From IMG/VR virus record IMGVR_UViG_3300028862_000012, positions 1 through 64,000 of that record: a stretch of 64,000 nt of DNA; one strand, 5' to 3'. Shown piece after piece: positions 56,578 to 64,000 of the stretch. The notes beneath the pieces are model-generated. The model worked only from the letters and a program-made list of their open reading frames with translations. It searched no databases and was not told where the DNA came from. Position numbers and translations under genes: made by a program. Each line of letters starts with the position of its first letter. The stretch's first letter is position 1.

Positions 56578-57618
56578 ATGAGTGATATAAATGAAGATAC
56601 ATTAGATCAAGAGAAATTATTTGGTAAAAAAATTATTGAAACTCCTGTTATAGAAGAATTTATAGATAAGGTAGAGACTTCTACTAAAAAAGTTAAAGAA
56701 TTAAGTTATAAAGATATTCCTTATGGTTATATCTCTGTTAATTTAGACAGTATGGAAAAATTAAATGCACCAATGACTTTGCATTTTAGAGATTTTAGTC
56801 TAGAAGAACTTAATCATATTTCATTATCTAAAAACGAACGAGATAATATCAAGCGTATTACTAAATGTTTAAATGATATGGTACTAGAAAACTTTGATTG
56901 CACTTACTTTCACTTAAATGAATTACTACAAATTACTTTTACACTGTTTGGTTCATTTGTTAGTAAAACAATAGAAAAAAAATATTATATAAACCCTGAT
57001 TTACCTGAAGGAAAAGAAGAAGGTCAATTAGATAATCCTAAAAATATAGCCATAGCAACTATACCTATTGGTAATATAAAAACATGTCAATTAAAAGATA
57101 GCTTTTCAGAACCATTGGATTTGAGTATGGAAATAAATGGAAAGACTATGACTACACTTATGCGCATGATACGAGTAAAAGATTTGCTTGAAGCAGAAGA
57201 GTATGTTAATAAACATTTTGAAAAAGATATAAGACAATTATCTAATATTGAAATAGAAATAGAGCGCATAAAGAAAATAGAAAATGAACAATTAATGTAT
57301 GCAGAATATGAAAAAATTCCTGAATCTGATAGACAGATGTATGAAAAGTTTACAGAGGAGTATACTAATCTTTATATTTCTGTATTAACAAGCCTGTCCG
57401 TTATTCAAGCAGGAAGTAATAAGCCTAAAACAATAAGTGAGCATATTAAGTGTGCTAAGTTTATTAATAGAGGTCAATGGAAAAAGTTTGATGTATGGAA
57501 TTCAGAAAATGAATTTGGGCTTTTACCTGATGTAACTTTTTATAGTCCAGAGCTACAGAAAGAAGTTACTCGGAGGTTTCTTTTTCAACCCAACGATTTC
57601 ATTGATACAGAATCATAA
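56578..57618 (+). CDS. baseplate hub/tail assembly chaperone (T4 gp26-like)
   Basis: LHFRDFSLEE...FGLLPDVTF...FLFQPNDF; paired with a short overlapping ORF. Confidence 0.45.
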   Translation: MSDINEDTLDQEKLFGKKIIETPVIEEFIDKVETSTKKVKELSYKDIPYGYISVNLDSMEKLNAPMTLHFRDFSLEELNHISLSKNERDNIKRITKCLNDMVLENFDCTYFHLNELLQITFTLFGSFVSKTIEKKYYINPDLPEGKEEGQLDNPKNIAIATIPIGNIKTCQLKDSFSEPLDLSMEINGKTMTTLMRMIRVKDLLEAEEYVNKHFEKDIRQLSNIEIEIERIKKIENEQLMYAEYEKIPESDRQMYEKFTEEYTNLYISVLTSLSVIQAGSNKPKTISEHIKCAKFINRGQWKKFDVWNSENEFGLLPDVTFYSPELQKEVTRRFLFQPNDFIDTES

Positions 57619-57868
57619 TAATAATTATTTTAACTTAAACTCATGGGCTATGTTTGTACCTTTATCTCAAAAGAAAATAGCACAAATGCTATTTGACTTA
57701 CAATACTATGGCTATCCTGTACCTGAGCCAATGCTTATGAAGATGAGTGCAGGAACTATAATACTACGCTATAATCAATTAATGAAAAAAGTTAAAGAAG
57801 AAAAGGAAAGCTCTAATAAAGTAGTAGAAGCAATACTAAAAAGAAGTTGTCCTTTTATGTTTAAGTAA
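57602..57868 (+). CDS. small tail assembly chaperone (gp51-like)
   Basis: Overlaps the previous gene; LQYYG...LMKM...RYNQL pattern. Confidence 0.4.
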   Translation: MIQNHNNNYFNLNSWAMFVPLSQKKIAQMLFDLQYYGYPVPEPMLMKMSAGTIILRYNQLMKKVKEEKESSNKVVEAILKRSCPFMFK

Positions 57869-57892
57869 GTCCGTAAAGTATCTAATGGTAAT

Positions 57893-58222
57893 ATGGCTGA
57901 AACTCGTAATGATTTTATTACAGCAACAAGTGGAGAAAGAATTCATAAAAAGATTATAAGAGGAACGACACCTGCTATAAACGCTGGCGTCAGTTATGCT
58001 CATGGTTTGGATGCGACTAAAATAATATCGGTTAATGGGCTTATTACAATAGGAGATGGAGTTACAAAAATGCCATTTGGTTTTAGACAATCGACTGGAG
58101 GAACACAATTGCAAGTAACTATGCAGACTGGCGCATTAAATATTTATCTGGAAGCATCTCAGGATGCAACAGGAAACGCAACAAATAGGCCATTTGTAGC
58201 AGTTATTGAATACTACGAATGA
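57893..58222 (+). CDS. hypothetical (probable virion) protein
   Basis: G/T/A-rich beta-type sequence; SYAHGLD. Confidence 0.5.
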   Translation: MAETRNDFITATSGERIHKKIIRGTTPAINAGVSYAHGLDATKIISVNGLITIGDGVTKMPFGFRQSTGGTQLQVTMQTGALNIYLEASQDATGNATNRPFVAVIEYYE

Positions 58223-58315
58223 AGGATAAGTCATAATTAGACTAACTACTTATAAATATTAAATTATTTTAAGCGGTTAGTATAAGAAATAAGTTAATAA
58301 AAATTATTTATTTAC

Positions 58316-61057
58316 TTATTTTCCTAACCAAGTAAATGCAATAAACATTAATGAATCAGCCACAGTGGATTGACTAGCAGTTTTTATACCAATGGTATCT
58401 CCTTGTATTAATCTTATAGTAGTAGAATATAAGGATCGTGCTGATGCAGTGGTAAGATATCTATAAAGTATCCCATTTCTATAGATATCTACCTCAGTAG
58501 TAGCTACTACTGATAGACATCCAGATAGCTCATAGATACCAGATATAGGTATAGTAAATAATCCAGTAGTGCTATTATAAGCACCATGAGTATCTTCTAC
58601 TTTTAAGCTATAGACTTCATAAGCTCCGGATGCTACAGCAGTAGCAGAACTATACTCTGCTCTTACCACACTTGGTATTTCAGCCATATTACCATTAGAT
58701 ACTTTACGGACTCGCCATCTGTCGTATGTAGGAATAACAGCAGACCAAAATATTACTCCTGTTCCCGCTGTAGAAAAAGGGCCCCATTGACCTTGAATAA
58801 CCCTTACAATTTTTTTACTTGCTAAAGGGAATGAAAGTCCAAAACCAAGATTATATACTGAGTCTTGGTAGGCCGTGAGACCCAAAGAACCTAACCATCC
58901 ACCGCAAGCCTGTTCAACAGGCACCCATGCACCATTGATTACAGAGTGTACCTCTATAAATACGTGGTCTGTTGCTTGAATTTCTTTAGCAAACTGTGCG
59001 TCGTAAGTTGTCTGAACTGTGTTTGCTAGTATTGCTGCTCCCCCCGGTCCAATACCGAAACTACTGGTGTCGCTGGTATTTATGACACTCTGCGAGTTAA
59101 AAGCGAACTCTGAAAAATCTGATGCTAAGTTTACATTAGAAGTCCACTGTGAAATTGGAACTCGTATTTCTAAGTTTATTGTATGACCAGAAGCCCAAGC
59201 TCCCGGTACAGAGGCATTCCAGTTACCAGCAGAAGAATAAATATTAATAACACCTGAAGAAGTTATAACTAAAACTCCCTGAGCTATTCCTGCTACCGTA
59301 CTTAAATTTCCAATAGCTCTTGAAATAAGTTGAACTTGATCAGAGCTTATAGTTAAACCTGCGGGTAAGACATTAAAACCAATTATTCCTGTTGGAGCAG
59401 AGCTTAAAGTAAAAGCTATTTTTATTAAACAATCACTTCCTTCTCTTTTCCAAAAAGCTTGAGAAAAACTTCCTGATACATTAATAGCAGTAGGTAAATA
59501 ACTTATCCAAGTACTAATAGCCGCTCCTGCTGCTACACCTTTTGCTCCTACCTGTACATTATCAATATTAAATAACCATTTAGTAGTAGTACTTGTTTGT
59601 ACATGTAAAATAATTCGATAACTTGTAGAAGTTGACGGAATAAACAATGTCTGGAAGTAACCAACGGCCCCATAAGTAGCAGGAATGTTAGTAATATTAC
59701 AATTTATAATAGTATTGTTTGTTTTATCATAAAGATATATACCTACATAGTCATCAGAGTAATAACCATCAGTACTATTATTAGACGTTTTATAGTTAAA
59801 GCTTATTTGAACAGGAACACTTAAACTACCACGATCAATAGTAAAATCATAAGCTACACCTTCACCTATACCTGATATTCCTACTTTAGTAAGTAATCCA
59901 TCATAACTTCCATTTAAAGCATTGCTACTATTACGAGTAAAAGCTACTGCACTTACTGTTCCACCTGTTCCTGTATCAGGTACACTTGCAGAAGGATTTA
60001 CAGTGTTTTTATAAGTTATCCAGTCAGCAGCAGTTGTTTCAAACTGACCATTAGTAAAATTATATCCTACATTATAACTACCCGAACTTGTACCCCCACC
60101 TGTTACTACTGCTTCCCACCATGTAGTATTAGTAGGAACATGATTAGTATTAGTCCCTGTCCCAGCAGTAAGCGATTTATAAGGTAGTCCTAAGTACCAG
60201 CAAACTTCATTAAAGCTATAAGCATAGGTAGAACTCCAAGCTTTCATTGCTTCAAGTGGAGTAATTCTATCTGCACTTATTAAATTAGCATTTACATCAG
60301 GAGAAAAATAAAGTTCAGTATTTGATAAAGCAACACCAATTTGACGACTCACTGATCCTATAGCTGTAGGTGCAGTTAAAGTCATGGCTCCGGCTAGTCC
60401 TAAGTAATAAATGCTTCCATCATCAATAGCACTACTTGGAACCCATCCACGAATCATAAACAGTCCACGAGAATTCATTGCTATATCATATTTTGAATAA
60501 AAAAGCAATCCTGTACTGGTAGAAGCACTTTCATTACTGGCAATGTAAACTTTTCCATCTGAATTTAAATAACAAATTTTTCCAGCAGTTAAATTTTCTC
60601 CTGCAACCAGCGTAGCAGTACTATCAGCGCGCAAAAAAGAAGGAATTGTACGTTCACTACTATCTATTGAAGTTAGATTATTATCTACATATACTCCTTT
60701 TCCTAAAACAATATCTGAACCGGTAAGTATAGATGATTTAGCTAGTGCAAGGAAATCTACATAATTATTTTCTGTATTCTGCCAACTTAGCCGCAATACT
60801 GCATAAGGAGTATCAGTAGTTATAGGAATAGGATAACTATTTACAGTACTGCAACGTACTGCCAAATCTGAATTTGGATCGCTTATAAAAACAGTTAACG
60901 GAGCTACATTTAAAGAAGTTCCTGAAATAGTTAAAATACCTCCTTCATAAATTCCTACAGGTAATATATTATATAATAACTGATTAAAACTTTCAGAAGT
61001 TGATGGATTTTTATATTTCCAAGTAATTGTTTGTGAACCGTAATTTGTACTTCCCAT
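58316..61057 (-). CDS. tail fibre-like protein
   Basis: 913 aa, G/S/T-rich; AGENLTAGKICYL, YSFNEVCWY.G..YKS and NGQFE modules. Confidence 0.7.
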   Translation of the reverse strand: MGSTNYGSQTITWKYKNPSTSESFNQLLYNILPVGIYEGGILTISGTSLNVAPLTVFISDPNSDLAVRCSTVNSYPIPITTDTPYAVLRLSWQNTENNYVDFLALAKSSILTGSDIVLGKGVYVDNNLTSIDSSERTIPSFLRADSTATLVAGENLTAGKICYLNSDGKVYIASNESASTSTGLLFYSKYDIAMNSRGLFMIRGWVPSSAIDDGSIYYLGLAGAMTLTAPTAIGSVSRQIGVALSNTELYFSPDVNANLISADRITPLEAMKAWSSTYAYSFNEVCWYLGLPYKSLTAGTGTNTNHVPTNTTWWEAVVTGGGTSSGSYNVGYNFTNGQFETTAADWITYKNTVNPSASVPDTGTGGTVSAVAFTRNSSNALNGSYDGLLTKVGISGIGEGVAYDFTIDRGSLSVPVQISFNYKTSNNSTDGYYSDDYVGIYLYDKTNNTIINCNITNIPATYGAVGYFQTLFIPSTSTSYRIILHVQTSTTTKWLFNIDNVQVGAKGVAAGAAISTWISYLPTAINVSGSFSQAFWKREGSDCLIKIAFTLSSAPTGIIGFNVLPAGLTISSDQVQLISRAIGNLSTVAGIAQGVLVITSSGVINIYSSAGNWNASVPGAWASGHTINLEIRVPISQWTSNVNLASDFSEFAFNSQSVINTSDTSSFGIGPGGAAILANTVQTTYDAQFAKEIQATDHVFIEVHSVINGAWVPVEQACGGWLGSLGLTAYQDSVYNLGFGLSFPLASKKIVRVIQGQWGPFSTAGTGVIFWSAVIPTYDRWRVRKVSNGNMAEIPSVVRAEYSSATAVASGAYEVYSLKVEDTHGAYNSTTGLFTIPISGIYELSGCLSVVATTEVDIYRNGILYRYLTTASARSLYSTTIRLIQGDTIGIKTASQSTVADSLMFIAFTWLGK

Positions 61058-61110
61058 GCTAATATCCTTTATGTTCTATATAAATATCTTTATATAATAG
61101 TTACAAATTT

Positions 61111-62451
61111 TTAAACCCATTCTGTAGGTATATCTGCATAGTTACTTAAACTAGTTACACTATTTCCAGCACCAGCAAAACAGTCGGTTTTTGTAGCTGT
61201 TCCTGTTCCAAAGTCACATAACCATAGTTCAGGAGCTATGCCTTGAACTCCTGTAAAGGAAGTTCTATAAAAACAGTTTGTAAAATTAACAGTTTTATTT
61301 AAAAATTTAGTTGATTCTTCTCCAGAGGAATAAAAAATATATTTATTTAAAGTAAGCTTTGGACAATCTCTAAAGCATTCATAAAATAATTGAACTTTAG
61401 TATTATTTTTAAATAATTCTTCTGGAATAGATGTTAAATGGCTACAATTATAAAAAGTATTATCAAAACGAACAACTTCAGTATTAGTATAAAAAAGACC
61501 AGAAGGAATAATTGTCAGACCAATACAAGATTGAAAACTTTGCTTAAAACTTTGAATTGCAGTATTATATTTAAATAAATTTTCTGGAATTGAAGTAAGT
61601 GAAGTACAGTTTCCAAAACATGTATCCATATTAATTGCTTTAGTATTATATTTAAATAAATTTTCTGGAATTGAAGTAAGTGAAGTACAGCCTGCAAAAT
61701 TCCAGTAAAAATTTATAACCGCAGTATTATATTTAAATAAATTTTCTGGAATAGATGTTAAGCCTTGACAAAAACTAAAATTATTATTAAATACAGTTAT
61801 AAGAGTATTATACTTAAATAAATCTTCTGGAATTTCTGATATTCCTGATGCTTGAAATAAATATGAAATACTTGATATACTAATTAATTTTTTAAATATT
61901 TCATGATATACTTTCTTTAAATTTATACATCCATAAAATAAATAATCAATAATTATAGTTTCTCCATATTCTTTTATAGAAGAAGATCCTACGTCTACTA
62001 AATTAGTACAATTCCTAAATGCATAATATAAGTAGTTAAATCCATCAAAGTTTTTTCCACCACCAAAATTAATTATTTTAGTAACAAGTAACCTATTTGA
62101 ATCAACATCTGAAAAACTCCATCCAGTACAAGTTCCTGTAATACTTATATTATATGTACCTGCATTAGTATAAGTATGAACCCTATTAGCATCATTATAA
62201 GCCGTAATAGAAGAGATACTATTATCACCCCAATCTACTGTGCAACTATAAACACATATCGGATTTTCTGATAACGGCAAAGTTACACTATCACCTGCAC
62301 TAACTACCCATTGAGTTATAAAAGGACTGTTTTCATTTGCTTCATCTAAAGGAGATTCATTGTTATCTAAATAACTTATATTATCAACTTCAAAAAATCT
62401 TGTATAGCCTTTTAATAAAAGTAGTCTTTTCTTAAAAAAGAAATTATTCAT
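61111..62451 (-). CDS. PKD domain plus BspA-type leucine-rich repeat protein (adhesin-like)
   Basis: TVDWGD...HTY...GTY (PKD); tandem 25-aa repeats F..C..LTSIPENLFKYNT. Confidence 0.78.
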   Translation of the reverse strand: MNNFFFKKRLLLLKGYTRFFEVDNISYLDNNESPLDEANENSPFITQWVVSAGDSVTLPLSENPICVYSCTVDWGDNSISSITAYNDANRVHTYTNAGTYNISITGTCTGWSFSDVDSNRLLVTKIINFGGGKNFDGFNYLYYAFRNCTNLVDVGSSSIKEYGETIIIDYLFYGCINLKKVYHEIFKKLISISSISYLFQASGISEIPEDLFKYNTLITVFNNNFSFCQGLTSIPENLFKYNTAVINFYWNFAGCTSLTSIPENLFKYNTKAINMDTCFGNCTSLTSIPENLFKYNTAIQSFKQSFQSCIGLTIIPSGLFYTNTEVVRFDNTFYNCSHLTSIPEELFKNNTKVQLFYECFRDCPKLTLNKYIFYSSGEESTKFLNKTVNFTNCFYRTSFTGVQGIAPELWLCDFGTGTATKTDCFAGAGNSVTSLSNYADIPTEWV

Positions 62452-62472
62452 ACTTTATGTTCCTAATATTAT

Positions 62473-63471
62473 TTATGTTCCTAACACTGTGTAACCAACA
62501 TTCCAATTTATTCCATCAGAACACCATCCTATCAAATTAAAACGTAAAGTACCTATAGGAGAACTTACGTTATTTATCCATTTCCAAGTACTCGGAAAAT
62601 AAACTAATTTATTAAGATCATTGTAAATTGTTATATCAAACCAATTTTCTTTATTTACTCTAAAATTAATAGTAGCTAAAGTAAATGTAGTAGTTGCGGT
62701 TAAAGTAACTGACTCTTTCACATTAAGCTTTATTTCATAATCAGCAGAGACATTTCCTATAGTAGTAAATGGAACACAAACATCATGTACATGATTTTCT
62801 CGTGCAACTAAATTAGAGCTTCCCGCATTTGATAATCCTAGATCAGAAGCGTTTTGTGCAAAAGCTATAAAAGAAACAGGTAAAAATCCTAAATCTGAAG
62901 TAAGTATTCCTTTATTTCCATAAGTACCTGAACCACCTACTTGTGTCATACTTGATGAAGGATATTTTGAGTTAATAGAGTTATTTAAATTTATAATAGC
63001 TGTATTTAATGCATCTGTATTGTCTGCTATAGCATTAGTCAATGTATCAAATATATTTAATGTTTTAACAGAATAATCAAAACTAACTAATACCCCACTT
63101 GAGTAAACCCCCCGTGCAAGTACTATATCCTTAGCTAGCAAGTAAGATTCAGAAACAGGAATTATATCTACATAATTATTTACTTGATTAAGCCAAGTTA
63201 ATCTCATAATTATATAATTACTTTCTTCACTTATAGCTAATGTAGCATTAGTGGTCGTTTGACAACGAATAGTTACATTTTCAGCCGGATCTGAAATAAC
63301 TACAACAGTAGGTGCTAATGAACACAAAACATCACTTATTCGAGTTAGTATCCCACCTTTATAGATTCCTTCAGAAATTAAATTATGTAATATAGTATTG
63401 AAACTTGCGCTACTTGCCGCATTTTCATAACAAAATGTATTTATCTGTGTTCCTGTATTTACTGATCCCAT
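62473..63471 (-). CDS. tail fibre/baseplate protein with N-terminus paralogous to 58316-61057
   Basis: MGSVNTGTQ...SFNTILHNL...GIYKGGIL versus MGSTNYGSQ...SFNQLLYNI...GIYEGGIL. Confidence 0.68.
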   Translation of the reverse strand: MGSVNTGTQINTFCYENAASSASFNTILHNLISEGIYKGGILTRISDVLCSLAPTVVVISDPAENVTIRCQTTTNATLAISEESNYIIMRLTWLNQVNNYVDIIPVSESYLLAKDIVLARGVYSSGVLVSFDYSVKTLNIFDTLTNAIADNTDALNTAIINLNNSINSKYPSSSMTQVGGSGTYGNKGILTSDLGFLPVSFIAFAQNASDLGLSNAGSSNLVARENHVHDVCVPFTTIGNVSADYEIKLNVKESVTLTATTTFTLATINFRVNKENWFDITIYNDLNKLVYFPSTWKWINNVSSPIGTLRFNLIGWCSDGINWNVGYTVLGT

Positions 63472-63504
63472 ACAAAAGTTCCTTTTATAATTACATTATA
63501 ATAG

Positions 63505-63999
63505 TTAGTTAAATCGTCTACTTCTATCAACACGTAAGAAAGGAGTATTATCAAAACGCTTTCCAATATCCAGACTATCTAAGTTAATTCCCGGTGCGCG
63601 AATTAAAAATTGTAATGAAACATGCTGGTCTAAATCCTGCATTTCTATATAAGGAAAAGTAGCATTTAATAAAAGTTTATTAGTGGCATAAACATCTGTA
63701 TAAATATTTACTTCTTTTAATTTAACATTATCATCTATTTGATAGTCTATCCAAATATGTGTAGGAGTTGAAGAATATATATAGTCATTACGAGAGCTAA
63801 AAGAAGAGTTACAATTAGTTATAGTATAAATCGTTTCAAAATATAAAACTCCTGTACTATAGACTATAGTACTATTTGTTAAATAAGGAGATATAATATG
63901 TCCATTACTATCATCCGATGCAGTATAGGTAGTTCCATCTATATCAAAACTTAATTTTAACGTTCCTTCTTTAATAACAGTATAACCTGTTTCATAGGT
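63505..63999 (-). CDS. C-terminal part of a probable baseplate/virion protein (runs off the window)
   Basis: Open frame ...DDSNGHI...STIVYSTG...RSRRFN*. Confidence 0.6.
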   Translation of the reverse strand, partial: TYETGYTVIKEGTLKLSFDIDGTTYTASDDSNGHIISPYLTNSTIVYSTGVLYFETIYTITNCNSSFSSRNDYIYSSTPTHIWIDYQIDDNVKLKEVNIYTDVYATNKLLLNATFPYIEMQDLDQHVSLQFLIRAPGINLDSLDIGKRFDNTPFLRVDRSRRFN

Positions 64000-64000
64000 T

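Noticed and set aside
1018-61697. Numerous short opposite-strand or nested ORFs in the track (e.g. 1018-1221, 5718-6029, 8111-8419, 10365-10667, 16196-16480, 39922-40365, 57836-58114, 61515-61697)
   Set aside because: Fully inside longer, motif-bearing genes, without RBS and with antisense-type composition.
61111-62451. Diversity-generating retroelement target
   Set aside because: The repeats are in-frame LRR units, there is no adenine-specific template/variable repeat pair, and no reverse transcriptase is in the window.
1-64000. Genome-wide stop-codon reassignment
   Set aside because: Long conserved genes (polA, helicases, primase) are uninterrupted in the standard code and end in TAA, TAG or TGA; in-frame stops are confined to a few accessory genes.

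Overview
Very AT-rich, gene-dense fragment of a large (probably jumbo, contractile-tailed) dsDNA bacteriophage genome, mostly on the minus strand, with no sign of stop-codon reassignment. It encodes replication and recombination genes (family A DNA polymerase, DnaG primase, UvrD- and PIF1-type helicases, RecU, SbcD-like nuclease) and nucleotide or conflict enzymes (intein-containing PurA-like protein, vWA protein, NDT-HAD-HD fusion, NADAR, DHH, metallophosphoesterase, secreted DNase I-like protein). It also carries three free-standing homing endonucleases, a TnpB cassette, an amidase with a holin-like gene, and baseplate/tail-fibre genes. A dispersed tRNA cluster (28.7-34.7 kb) includes a tRNA-Leu(UAA) split by a group I intron, three tRNAs with C33 and one with an 8-nt anticodon loop. 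The most striking element is a circularly permuted tRNA-like gene (3' half, 14-bp hairpin linker, 5' half) inside a structured ~330-nt RNA between a DUF7873-like gene and a terminator (23.7-24.8 kb). Lipoboxes and secreted proteins hint at a spirochaete-like host (inference). All family assignments are by eye from motifs; no searches were run.
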